64,000 nucleotides of DNA from the human T2T-CHM13v2.0 reference genome, Homo sapiens (GCF_009914755.1 NC_060926.1), one strand, 5' to 3'. Shown: positions 20,841-64,000, counted from the stretch's first letter. Notes: a model not told the origin generated them from the letters alone. Program-made: numbers and translations.

Positions 20841-21434
20841 CCCTCTTCAAACAAACCTAGGGATGGTCTTTCTGCCTGGATGCCTCAGCTGCGACCAGAA
20901 AGTCCACAAAGGAGCAGTGAAGCAGGGCTTGGTGCAGAGGCCATGCGGAAGGCACGGATTTTTGGAGACTGGAGAACCCAAGCGCAAATCCCTACCCCAC
21001 TGCTCACCAGCAGGTTCTTAAGCAAATCACTCTGCTTCGCTGAATTTACTGTCCTCAGCTATAAAATGGTGTCCTCGGCAACTGGAGCTAGATGCCTTCG
21101 CCACTTTGCTGAAAGATATGAACTGTGCCCAAGGTGGGCGGTATCAGATAGGAGCCCCGAAGTGGAAACGTCCAGCGTGGGAATCTCCTCTCTACAGGGT
21201 CCCCAAGGAACTCCCGGCAGGCCCACTTCAGGGCTCCTTTCTGACACCGCCCAGCTCAACCTCTCAAAACGATTCACAAAATGCTGTAATAGCCACGATG
21301 CACCCTCACTGCACTGTCCCATCCGCCCCTTTTACAAATAGGAAGACCCAAAGATAAAAATAAGAAACCAAGGCCAGGCGCGGTGGTTCACGCCTGTAAT
21401 CCCAATACTTTGGGATGCGGAGGAGGGCGGATCA

Positions 21435-38780
<17,346 letters not shown>

Positions 38781-39593
38781 CTGGGTAATTTAATTTATAA
38801 AGAAAAGAGGTTTAATTGGCTCACAGTTCTGCAGGCTATACAGGAAGCATAGTAGCTTCTGCTTCTGGGGAGGCCTCAGGAAACTTACAATCATAGTGGA
38901 AAGGCAAAGGGGAAGCAGACACATCTTATGTGGCCAGAGTAGGAGCAAGGGGGCACAGGAGGAGGTGCCACACACGTTTTAAACACCCAGATCTCACAAG
39001 AACACTCAAGAGGACAGTACCAAGTGGAATGCTGTTAAACCATTCATGAGAAATGCACCCCCATGATCCAGTCACCTCCCACTAGGCCCCACCTCCAAGA
39101 TTGGGGATTACATTTCAATATGAGATTTGGGTGGGGACACACATCCAAACTATATCAGCAGTACTGGACATTTTTCATGAGAGAGAAGGGTCACAAGAGG
39201 ATGTCTGGAGCTAGCCTCTAGAATGTTGGTGTGGAAAATCTCTCCAATGTTTGAAAAGCATACCAATTACCTAGTCCTCCATTCATTGTTCAAATGAAGA
39301 AACCCAAAAAGCAGAAGTAACTTCCCAAGGGTCACACAGTCAGTTAACAGGCAAAAGCCAGATGTCCTGGTTCTCAATCCTCGCCTGTCCCATTCTGCCA
39401 CAGATACTGCAGCCAGAGGCCAGGCATGGTGGCTCACGCCTGTAATCCCAGCACTTTGGGAGGCCGAGGTGGGTGGTTCACCTGAGGTCAGAAGTTCGAG
39501 ACCAGCCTGGCCAGCATGGCAAAACCCTGTCTCTAGTAAACATACAAAAATTAGCTGGGCATGGTGGCACAAGCCTGTAATCTCAGCTACTCA

Positions 39594-39689
<96 letters not shown>

Positions 39690-39825
39690 TCAGTCTCAAA
39701 AAAGAAAAAAAAGCTTAAAAATAAAGATATAAACCGGGTGCGGTGGCTCACGCCTGTAATCCCAGCACTTTGGGAGGCTGAGGTGGGTGGATCACGAGGT
39801 CAGGAGATCGAGACCATCCTGGCTA

Positions 39826-40750
<925 letters not shown>

Positions 40751-40841
40751 ATGCCTTTATTATATATACATGACTATATAATAAGGGCTATATGATAAGC
40801 CAGAGTTACCATGGCACCACAAAATGTTTTTTAAAAAATCA

Positions 40842-41090
<249 letters not shown>

Positions 41091-41211
41091 TCAGGAGGCT
41101 GAAGTGGGAGGATTGCATGAGTCCAGCAGTTCAAGGCTGCAGTTAGCTGTGATTGCACCACTATACTCCAGCCTAGACAATAGTGCAAGACCCGGTTGTG
41201 GGGCGGGGTTA

Positions 41212-42850
<1,639 letters not shown>

Positions 42851-43785
42851 CACTAATTTTATAACATTTTTCCTGATTACATGTTCACTGTAGAACATTT
42901 AGAAAATGCAAGAAATAAAATTTAGAAAATTAAAATTCCCCTTATTCTACATACCGGGACATGACTTGAATTTTTATTATCCCCAACAAAGGGAAGAGAG
43001 CATTTTTTTGGGACGATTGCGTTGCTATAGTGCCGAGGCCTGCCCTGCCCGGACCTTATTCTCAAAGCCCCGCCGATCCCGCCGTCCCCGCGACCCCAAG
43101 CGTCAGCAAAGTTTATGCAGTTGAACTGGATTCTGAGTATATCTGTGGATAGTTCCTGGGAGGGTCGCAGATACGACATGGGGTTGTCACATTCTCTATG
43201 GGTCTGTTTCCTCATCTTTAAAAGCCATCTCTGCGTTGCTAAGGCAAAGCATAAAATGTTTGAGGAAAGCGACTTTTCTAGAAAGCACGTTCTACAAACA
43301 CACCATCCACGTTCCAAACTGAGCTTCGGTGTTTTGACTGGAGGGCACCTGAGGACGTCAGTACGGTCCCGCAAAGACCAGCAACCAGATTGGCAAGCAG
43401 GGGGCAGGAGAATTTCCCGCCCCATCTCTTTAGTTGTCTATTGGTTGATTTTACCATCAGTCTCCCCTGTCCTCCTATCATCGCCGCTATATTTGTGTCT
43501 CGGTGCATACTCTCATTGGCCCTACCTGCAGTCGCTCTACGTAAGGGGCGTTCCAGAGTCAGCCACTGGGAGTCGCTGGATTCGGGTTTTAAAAAACGCC
43601 GGCCGTGAAGTGGGCGGAGCGAGCGATTTGAACGCGAGCGGCGCGGACTTCTGCCAAGCACCGGCTCATGTGAGGCTCGCGGCACAGCGTTCTCTGGGCT
43701 CCCCAGAAGCCAGCCTTTCGCTCCCGGACCCGGCAGCCCGAGCAGGAGCCGTGGGACCGGGCGCCAGCACCCTCTGCGGCGTGTC

Positions 43786-50871
<7,086 letters not shown>

Positions 50872-51404
50872 GCTCCTGCACCCAGTGTTTCTGTCAGTCT
50901 TTCCTGCTCAGCCAGGGGGTAAGCTCATCCTCTTTCACAGGACTGGGGCTGGAATTTCTCAAGTAATTTCCTTTCTCCATCCGTAGTCCCTTGTCACCTC
51001 GCCTTCCCTTTGTTCTCTAGTAAAGGTTTGATCTAGTTTTGACTGCCTGGGACAATGTGGTTTGTGCCCTTTTGTACAATGTTAGATAAAAGATATCTTT
51101 CTATTAAATAATAACCAGATGACCCTAATTTCTTTTGGTTGTTATTGTTGTTGTTTTATTTTTATAAGACAGGGTCTCTGTCATCAGTGTTGCCATCGTG
51201 GCTCACTGCAACTCCTGCCTTGGCCTCCCAAAGTGTTGAGATTACAAGAATCAGATGACCTCATTTTGATTAAGAGAAAACTTTCTAATAAACTTTCTAA
51301 TAAAAGAGAACACTTTCTAATAAAAACTTTCTCTTTTTTGATTAAGAGAAAGTTTTCTTACTTTTGAAAATGGCTTGTTAGTAAGTGTGCTTCCTTAATT
51401 TCAG

Positions 51405-52182
51405 GGATGATACTGGGGACTCTCCAGAGCCATGACTAGATCCAATGGATTCTGCGATGCTGTCTGGACTTTGCTGTCTCTGAACAGTATGTGTGTGTTG
51501 CTTTAAATATTTTTCTTTTTTTTGAGAAGGAGAAGACTGCATGACTTTCCTCTGTAACAGAGGTAATATATGAGACAATCAACACCGTTCCAAAGGCCTG
51601 AAAATAATTTTCAGATAAAGAGACTCCAAGGTTGACTTTAGTTTGTGAGTTACTCATGTGACTATTTGAGGATTTTGAAAACATCAGATTTGCTGTGGTA
51701 TGGGAGAAAAGGTTATGTACTTATTATTTTAGCTCTTTCTGTAATATTTACATTTTTTACCATATGTACATTTGTACTTTTATTTTACACATAAGGGAAA
51801 AAATAAGACCACTTTGAGCAGTTGCCTGGAAGGCTGGGCATTTCCATCATATAGACCTCTGCCCTTCAGAGTAGCCTCACCATTAGTGGCAGCATCATGT
51901 AACTGAGTGGACTGTGCTTGTCAACGGATGTGTAGCTTTTCAGAAACTTAATTGGGGATGAATAGAAAACCTGTAAGCTTTGATGTTCTGGTTACTTCTA
52001 GTAAATTCCTGTCAAAATCAATTCAGAAATTCTAACTTGGAGAATTTAACATTTTACTCTTGTAAATCATAGAAGATGTATCATAACAGTTCAGAATTTT
52101 AAAGTACATTTTCGATGCTTTTATGGGTATTTTTGTAGTTTCTTTGTAGAGAGATAATAAAAATCAAAATATTTAATGAAAA
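51405..52182 (+). other. CENPA: CENPA non-coding exon 5 (3' UTR)
   Basis: ttaatttcag acceptor at 51403-51404; AU-rich; AATAAA at 52156-52161 followed by U/GU-rich sequence. Confidence 0.85.
52156..52161 (+). terminator. CENPA polyadenylation signal AATAAA
   Basis: Canonical hexamer at the end of the AU-rich exon; TGTA motifs upstream and tttttgtgtgtt downstream. Confidence 0.85.
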
Positions 52183-52256
52183 TGGACTTACTGTTACAGC
52201 ATAGAGATTATACTGTACTTTTTGTGTGTTAAAAATAAGTTCTTTATTTGTTTGCA

Positions 52257-53046
52257 AACAGCCACAATTTTTTTTTTCTTTTTTTTTTTTTTGAGATGGA
52301 GTCTTTTTTTTTATTGATCATTCTTGGGTGTTTCTCGCAGAGGGGGATTTGGCAGGGTCATAGGACAATAGTGGAGGGAAGGTCAGCAGATTAACAAGTG
52401 AACAAAGGTCTCTGGTTTTCCTAGGCAGAGGACCCTGCGGCCCTCCGCAGTGTTTGTGTCCCTGGGTACTTGAGATTAGGGAGTGGTGATGACTCTTAAG
52501 GAGCATGCTGCCTTCAAGCATCTGTTTAACAAAGCACATCTTGCACCGCCCTTAATCCATTTAACCCTGAGTGGACACAGCACATGTTTCAGAGAGCACA
52601 GGGTTGGGGGTAAGGTCACAGATCAACAGGATCCCAAGGCAGAAGAATTTTTCTTAGTACAGAACAAAATGAAAAGTTTCCCATGTCTACTTCTTTCTAC
52701 ACAGACACGGCAACCATCCGATTTCTCAATCTTTCCCCCACCTTTCCCCCCTTTCTATTCCACAAAACCGCCATTGTCATCATGGCCCGTTCTCAGTGAG
52801 CTGTTGGGTACACCTCCCAGATGGGGTGGTGGCTGGGCAGAGGGGCTCCTCACTTCCCAGAAGGGGTGGCCGGGCAGGGGCGCCCCTCACCTCCCGGACG
52901 GGGCGGCTGGCCGGGCGGGGGGCTGACCCCTCCTCCTCCCTCCCGGAGGGGGCGGCTGGCCGGGCAGAGGGGCTCCTCACTTCCCAGTAGGGGCGGCCGG
53001 GCAGAGGCACCCCTCACCTCCCGGACGGGGCGAACAGCCACAATTT
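52257..53046 (-). mobile_element. 5'-truncated SVA (SINE-R + part of VNTR; SVA_D-like), coordinates include TSDs
   Basis: poly-T, SINE-R (homologous to the LTR5 at 7453), GC-rich VNTR 52810-53032; 14-bp TSD AACAGCCACAATTT at 52257-52270 and 53033-53046. Confidence 0.93.
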
Positions 53047-53183
53047 AAACAAGATAATTAAGGGAGGTGGTTTTGCCTCTGGTGGAGTAGAGTATGACTA
53101 GATGAAAACCTTGCCCTTCTGTTGTAACTGAAAGCAATTTAAAAGATTTCCAGAGACATGGGAAGTGTCACCCAAAGATATGA

Positions 53184-53471
<288 letters not shown>

Positions 53472-53786
53472 TAGAGACAGGGTTTCACCATGTTGGCCAG
53501 GCTGGTCTTGAACTCCTGACCTCAAGTGATCTGTGGGCCTCAGCCTCCCAAAGTGTTGGGATTACAGGCGTGAGCCACTGTGCCTGGCTGGGTTTTTGTT
53601 CTATGTATTTTTTTATTATTTTTTTTTTAATTTTTAATTTAATTTTATTTTTTGTAGGGGCAAGGCTTTGCCGTGTTGCCTAAGCTGGTTTCGAACTCCT
53701 GAACTCAAGCAATCTGCTTGACTCAGTCTCCCAGAGTGCTGGGATTACAGGTGTGAGCCACCAGGCCTGGCCATATTTATTTTTGA

Positions 53787-53972
<186 letters not shown>

Positions 53973-54861
53973 TGATTTCATCAACATTCTTTTCTAACCT
54001 TTCAATTGAATTTTTTATTTCTGATTTCATGTTTTTAATATCCAATTAACTCCTTATTTTGGTAATGTTTCTTTTTTATAGTATTCCAATTAGTCAGCAT
54101 TCACTTAAAAAAAAAAAAACAGAAATAACTCCAGATATTTTAAGCAAAAAGGGATTTGGTGGAAGGGGTTGACTATAGTAATGTCAGGAAGGCTGGTTGA
54201 GCCAAAGAGAAGAGGATGCTGCCCAAAGATCAGGAAGCTCCCAGTGCCCACCCCCACTGCTGCTCTGCTGGAAGCATAGCCCTGCCACCATTGCATTGAA
54301 CTGTACCACTGCCGCTGAGCAAAGTCAGGATCCCCAACTCTGACCATTGTATCATGCCCGGCTGGCTCTGCAATGTCATTTTGATGTGTCTTCAGTATGG
54401 ATTTTTTTTTTTTTTTTTCTGAGTCAGAGTCTCGCTCTGTCACCGAGGCTGGAGTGCAGTGGTGCGATCTCCAACTTTTTCAGTTTTCTTTGATAGGAGA
54501 GTGGTCCCAATGACCTTTTCTACCATTACTGGAAGTTGAAGTTTGATGTGTCTCTTGATATTCCCATACTCATCATTACTTTAGTATGTACTTATTGCCA
54601 TTAAAATAAAACAAAAATAACTTAAATGTATTCAACATCAAACATAACACATGCTGTCATATATAACAATCAAGACTCTCATTTGCAAGTTTGGGGACCC
54701 CAACTCAAACTGACTTAAGAGGAGAAGGTTCATATAACTGAAAAGCCCAGAGACATTTCTGGTTTCGCTACAGTCAAATCGAAGGGCTGTAACAAAGTCA
54801 TGAGATTTGGTCTCTCTCTTCACCCTTTGCTGCTTCTGTTAGTGTCACTTTCAGGCAGGCC

Positions 54862-55346
54862 TTCAGAACCTGTAAATTTGGCATGTCACATGGCAAAGGG
54901 GAATTAAGAGTGCTAATCAGCTGACATTAAAATAGGGAGATTTAGAAGAAAAAAAGGACAAAGCAAAAAATGGGGAGAGTACCTTGGAATTTTGGGTGGG
55001 CCCAATGTAATCACAAGTGCCATTAAAAATGGAAGAGTGAGAGAGAAGTGTGTTAGAGATAGGAGTAGGAGAATGGTCAGGCAGATGCAACATTGCTGGC
55101 ATTGAAGATGGAGGGAGAGATCACAGACTGACGAGTCTAGGTGGCTTCTAGCAGCGAAGAGGCAAGGAAGCGGATTTTCTTTTAGAAACTCCAGAGAAGA
55201 AAACAGGCCTGCCGATACCTTGATTTTTAGCCCAGCGAAACTTGTGTCAGACTTCTAAACTACAGAACTGTAAGAATAAATTTGTGTTTTATCTAAGCCA
55301 CTGAGTTGTTGCTAATTTGTTACAGCAGCAATAGGAAACTAATACA
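54862..55346 (+). mobile_element. MaLR LTR (MLT1D-like)
   Basis: catggcaaaggggaattaag...gggcccaatgtaatcacaag...gcagcaataggaaactaataca. Confidence 0.75.
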
Positions 55347-55437
55347 AGTGGTTTCCCAAGGAAATTTGAGGCTTCTTAACAGGTAAGAGAGAATGTAGAC
55401 AGGGCAGACAAAAATAACAGATGTCTACTATACCACA

Positions 55438-56560
<1,123 letters not shown>

Positions 56561-56627
56561 CCATATGACGCACTGTGTCACAATTACAAATTTTTAAAAG
56601 CCAGATGGCACCTACTTTTTTTTTTTT

Positions 56628-56683
56628 TTTTTGCCATTACTTTCAATGGCAACAACCGCAATTACTTTTGCACCAACCTAGTA
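56628..56683 (-). mobile_element. MADE1, right half
   Basis: ttgccattactttcaatggcaacaaccgcaattacttttgcaccaacctagta. Confidence 0.85.
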
Positions 56684-56871
56684 ATATACTTTGAGCAGCA
56701 TTAGAGTTTTATTCTATTTTATATTCTTTGGATTTATTTTAATGCTGTTTACAGGAACTGAAAAGCTCCATTCTTTTTAAAAGATTTTCTAATTAAAGTA
56801 TAACATACATACCAAAAACACAAATGTATACAGATTACAATTTTACAGCTCAATTAGTTTTCACAAACTGA

Positions 56872-57088
<217 letters not shown>

Positions 57089-57425
57089 TAGCCGAGATTA
57101 CAGGCACCCACCACCACGTCTGGCTAATTTTTGTATTTTTAGTAGAGACGGGGTTTCACCATGTTGGCCAGGCTGGTCTCAAACTCCTGACCTCAGGTAA
57201 TCTACCTGGCTCGGCCTCCCAAAGAGCTGGGATTACAGGCGTGAGCCACCACGCCCGGCCTATCCTGACTTTTAATACCATAGATTCATTTTGATTATTG
57301 TAGTAAGTGGAATTATAGAGCATATATTCTTTTGTGTTTTTCAGTCAACATGTTTGTGAAATTTATATTTTCTCATGTGTTTATGGTGTTAATTCTTACT
57401 GCTGCATAGGGTTTCATTGTGTGGA

Positions 57426-57530
57426 TATGCCTAAATTTTTTTTTTTTTTTTTAGTGAAAGCAAGTTTATTAAGAAAGTGAAAGAATAAAGCATAGCTACT
57501 CTGTAGGCAGAGCGGCCTATGCCTAAATTT
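57426..57530 (-). mobile_element. Processed (polyadenylated, TSD-flanked) retrocopy of a MER41 LTR 3' end
   Basis: 13-bp TSD TATGCCTAAATTT; T17 tract; 65-bp body alignable to both MER41 copies in this window. Confidence 0.8.
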
Positions 57531-57753
57531 GTATATTTCCATTCTATTGAACATTTGGATAGTTTCAAGTTTGGGGGTTACAAATATTGGCTACTGACTT
57601 TTGCCTCAAAAACAAAAAAAAAAAAGAGACTTGGAGATGCATTTTTTTGGGGGGTTTGTTTGTTTGAGACAGGATCTTACTCTGTCACCCACGCTAGAGG
57701 GCATTGGTGTGATCACAGTTCACTGCATCCTCGACCTCCCCAGGCTCAGGTGA

Positions 57754-58054
<301 letters not shown>

Positions 58055-58057
58055 TGA

Positions 58058-58282
<225 letters not shown>

Positions 58283-58399
58283 TAAATGTTCTGAATGTGT
58301 GAAGGAAATTAATTTCCAATGCACAAATATATATATATATTTGTGTATATATTTAAATATATATATTTAAAAATTCCGACTGAGCACCTGTAATCCTAG

Positions 58400-58645
<246 letters not shown>

Positions 58646-60298
58646 TAAAGAAATAAAAATTCTGCGTAACTTCATAAATCTGTGTTTTGTGCACTTTTCT
58701 GAGAGGAGCCATGATTTCCATGAGATCCTCAAGTCCACCCTCCATAGATGGTTATGAACGCCCCTTCTAAAATTCTATGAGTTATTCTGCCTCCAACCTC
58801 ACATTAATATTCTCAGTAAGTATATTGCATATTTTTGCAGATTTTTAAGAAATGTGTAACAAAGTCATTTGACACATATTTTTTGAATATTTGCCTCAAT
58901 TGCCTCAATTTTCCATCCTGCAGGACATCCCTCCGCTTGAGTAACAGAGTAATAATAATGCCTTACACTGATACAGGTTTTCAGTGTATAATGCTCTTTC
59001 AGCACTGATTTGATGCTCTCAACTGCAGACAACACATCACTTATACAAGACAGATTTAGAGCTCCCAAGACATTGAGTGGATTGAAAAACCAAATTCATC
59101 TTGAAGGAGCAGCCGAAGCATTTGAATTGAGAATTTCTCCCCTCCCTGGCACTGGGCCAATATTGCTACACCATGCGACAGCAGAAGGGTAGAAGTAGAT
59201 TCCTAATTGTTTCTAGGATCAATTTAAGTTCCCTGCTTTTCTGCAACCTCTTATTACAAACCTCCAAATCCACGGCCTTACATGCTGTTTAGAGAAGCCT
59301 ATTTGTCTGCTGTATTTACCAGCAGCCTGCCTGACTCACTTCTATTTGGCCTGGCCCACCAAATCCAGGGGGCCCCAAATCATCCTTGTTTCTCCCCAAA
59401 AATACTCATCCTCTCCCAAGCCCCAACCAGCACCCTTCAGACACCACTGGGACTCAGCACATCTTCGGCTGCTTCACTTTACTGATCACTTTTTAAAAAG
59501 GCATTGCTCATCCGTTCCTGAGAGCCCTGAAATCCTCGGCTGGGCTGGAGCCCTTGGTGTCTCCTGCCCTGTGTTCTGGCGTAGGCCGTGGGGAGAGCCT
59601 GCTTGAGTTGTGCACATTCACAGGAACTCTACAGGGCTGTGGTCCTGGGGGACAAGGCTGTTTCCCTCCATGCTCATGGCAGTGGAGTTTTCTGGAGAGA
59701 GGAGTGGAGGAGGACAGCTGAGTCTCGTCCAGCAGTGGGCTAAGAGGCAGTGATAAGCTCCAAGTGGGGAAAGGAAAGGGCTATGGCAACTTCCGGGATG
59801 ACACTAGGTCTAAGGTACTGGGTCTGAAAGTGCTTCATGGACCTTTTTTTTTTTTTTTTTTTGAGATGAAGTCTTGCCCTGTCGCCCAGGCTGGAGTTCA
59901 GTGGCGCAATCTCACTCACTGCAACCTCCACCTCCCAGGTTCAAGCAATTCTCCTGCCTCAGCCTCCCGAGTAGCTGGGACTACAGGTGCCCGCCACCAT
60001 GCCCAGCTAATTTTTGTATTTTTAGTAGAGACTGGGTTTCACCATGTTGGCCAGGCTGGTCTTGAACCCCTGACCTCAAGTGATCCGACAGCCTCAGTCT
60101 CCCAAAGTGCTGGGATTACAGGTGTGAACCACCGTGCCCGGACTACGGACCATTATTTTGTGTGTTAAGGTTACAATGGCCCAAGTAAGGTTTTGGTTTT
60201 TGTAGAGTCTTTTATGATAGTTTTTGTTATCAGGCATTTATGCATAAGAACCCTCTCTTCATGGTCTTCTGGCTTTGTTTATTTGTTTTGTTTTTTGA

Positions 60299-60508
<210 letters not shown>

Positions 60509-60682
60509 TGAGGTGATCCACCCACCTCGGCCTCCCAAAGTGCTGGGATTACAGGCGCGAGCCACCGCACCCTTCCTGTCATCCTTCAGCAATCCCTGTT
60601 GGCCATACTTGATGTTCAGCTTGAACTCATCATAGAATTTCAGGGTCAAAACATGTCTTTTTTTTTTTTTTTTTTTTTTTGA

Positions 60683-61385
<703 letters not shown>

Positions 61386-61959
61386 TCACCAGTCACTCAA
61401 GTAATTACGTTTCAGAAAGTTTTAAGTATTTATTTTATATATATAGGGAGATATATACATATATATTATACATAGGGAGATATATATATATTAGGTATAT
61501 ATATTTAAGATACACACTCACATATATATCTCAACTTTGCTTTCCCTTGTCTTAACCTCATTAATTATGCCTTTGGTACACCAGAGAATAATTTATCTTA
61601 TTTATTTATTTTTGAGACAGGATCTCACTCTGTTACCCAGGATGGAGTGCAGTGGCACAATCTTGGCTCACTGCAACGCTGACCTCCCAGCTCAAACAGT
61701 CCTCCTGCCTCAGCCCCCGAGTAGCTGGGACCATAGGTGCACGCCACTGCACCCAGCTCATTTTTCTATTTTTTGTAGAGACAGGGTTTCACCATGTTGC
61801 CCAGGCTGGTCTTGAACTCTTGGGCTCAAACAATCCACCTGCCTTGGCCTACTAAAGTGCAGGGATTACAGGCGTGAGCCACTGCACCCAGCCACCAGAG
61901 AATTTAATTTATCTTCCATGTAACTGAAGAGAGTCATCAGGTCCCCACTGTCTTCCCTG

Positions 61960-62700
<741 letters not shown>

Positions 62701-63158
62701 CCTTCCACAGGTGAATCATTCCTACTTCCATATTGGAGTTGGGGGCTCACTCTGTTGCCCAGGCCGGAATGCAGTGGTGCAATCATGGCTCACTGCAGCC
62801 TGGAACCCCTGGGCTCAAGGAATTTGATCATGCAGCCTCAACCTCCTGAGTAGCTAGTACTACAGGCACATGCCACAATGCCCAGCTAATTTCTTCTTCG
62901 GGTTTTGCTACGTTGCCCAGACTGGTCTCAAACTCCTGGCCTCAGGCAATCCTCCAGCCTCAGACTCCTGAGTCACTGGGCTTACAGGCCCCACTTTCTT
63001 CAACTGTTCTCGTTATTATGTGGTTCAGGGCCTCTCACCCCATGACACAGTTTGACTCATCACTGCCCTTCTTAAAGTAGGTAGTGTGGGAAAAATACGT
63101 GGAAAGGAATGTAGGATTTATAGTCAAAGTCTTATTCCTAAGTCTGGATATTCATCTT

Positions 63159-63547
63159 TGTATTAGTCCATTCTCACACTGCTAATAAAGACATACCTGA
63201 GACTGGGTGATTTATAAAGGAAAGACTCACAGCTGACTGTGACTGACTCACAGCTCATCATGGCTAGGGAGGCCTCAGGAAACTTACAATCATGGCAGAA
63301 GGGGAAGCAAACACGTCCTTCACATGGCAGTAGCAAGGATAAGTGCTGAGCAAAAGGAGGAAAAGCCCCTTATAAAACCACCAGATCTCATGAGAACTCA
63401 CTGATTATCATGAGAACAGCAGCATGGGGGTAACGGTTCCCATGATTCAATTACCTCCCACTGGGTCCCTCCCATGACACGTGGTGGGGATTATGGGAAC
63501 TACAATTCAAGATGAGATTTGGGTGGGGACACAGCCAAATCATATCA
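63159..63547 (-). mobile_element. THE1 (THE1C/D-like) solo LTR
   Basis: tgtattagtccattctcacactgctaataaagacatacc...cagccaaatcatatca; 5-bp TSD ATCTT. Confidence 0.88.
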
Positions 63548-64000
63548 ATCTTCAAAATAAGGAATACTGCCCCACTTTGCAGAGTCAATTTGGGAATTAA
63601 GGTAATATACCTTAAGGTAAGTGCTTGAGAACTAAAAAGAGATGCATGTATACTTTTACCGGAAGCTGGAGAAGGTGGGGCTTCCACTTGAAATGGTGTT
63701 GGCACCTAATGGTGATCCTCTCACACCCAATTTTGGTTTCCGCTACTAAAGTAGGAAGTTTTACTTTCAGAATTGGATGACGGCCACTCACAATGTTTGG
63801 TAGTTTATGATTTCCTGGCATTTGTTGTTTGGGAAAAGAGATCTGGGTGTTCCACCTGAACCGCCCCAGAGGCAGTGCTGCTCCTCCAGCTGGTGAGAGC
63901 TCTGGGTGGCTGCAACCCACAGTCCCTGTCCACCTGTCTTCCCCCAGGGACAGGCACATCTGGCACCAGTGGGTGCCACCCTAGGATGGGTGCCTAGAGT

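Noticed and set aside
52810-53032. CRISPR-like or satellite array
   Set aside because: It is the SVA VNTR. No repeat-spacer structure and no alpha satellite was seen in the window despite the presence of CENPA.
52318-53048. ORFs of 63-147 aa
   Set aside because: They lie within the SVA SINE-R/VNTR.

Overview
Primate genomic DNA, very rich in Alu and LTR elements. Both encoded proteins match my recollection of the human sequences, so this is most likely human chr2p23.3. Two complete + strand genes are present. SLC35F6 has 6 coding exons (ATG 21938, stop 36099, 371 aa; nucleotide-sugar/drug-metabolite transporter family). CENPA has 4 coding exons plus a non-coding exon 5 (ATG 43786, stop 50871, 140 aa; centromeric histone H3 variant). 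Each gene has a CpG-island promoter: SLC35F6 carries a perfect CLEAR/E-box, and CENPA carries NF-Y, E2F and CHR cell-cycle elements. Much of the rest is transposable-element derived: about 60 Alus, a HERV-K LTR5 solo LTR, a dense ERV1 LTR cluster upstream of SLC35F6 including two MER41, MaLR LTRs, a 5'-truncated SVA just past the CENPA poly(A) site, MADE1/MER53/Tigger DNA elements, and L1/L2/L3 remnants. I found no new protein-coding system; almost all ORFs in the track are Alu or GC-rich noise. The best second-look candidates are: a MER41 with intact tandem GAS plus kB sites; a 65-bp polyadenylated retrocopy of a MER41 3' end; a three-arm switchable hairpin over a candidate SLC35F6 poly(A) signal; a frame-compatible SLC35F6-CENPA readthrough; several post-transcriptional features of CENPA; an unexplained 31-bp inverted repeat upstream of SLC35F6; and a 120-bp local duplication. 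Exon and motif coordinates were counted by hand. Repeat boundaries and subfamily names are approximate and from memory.
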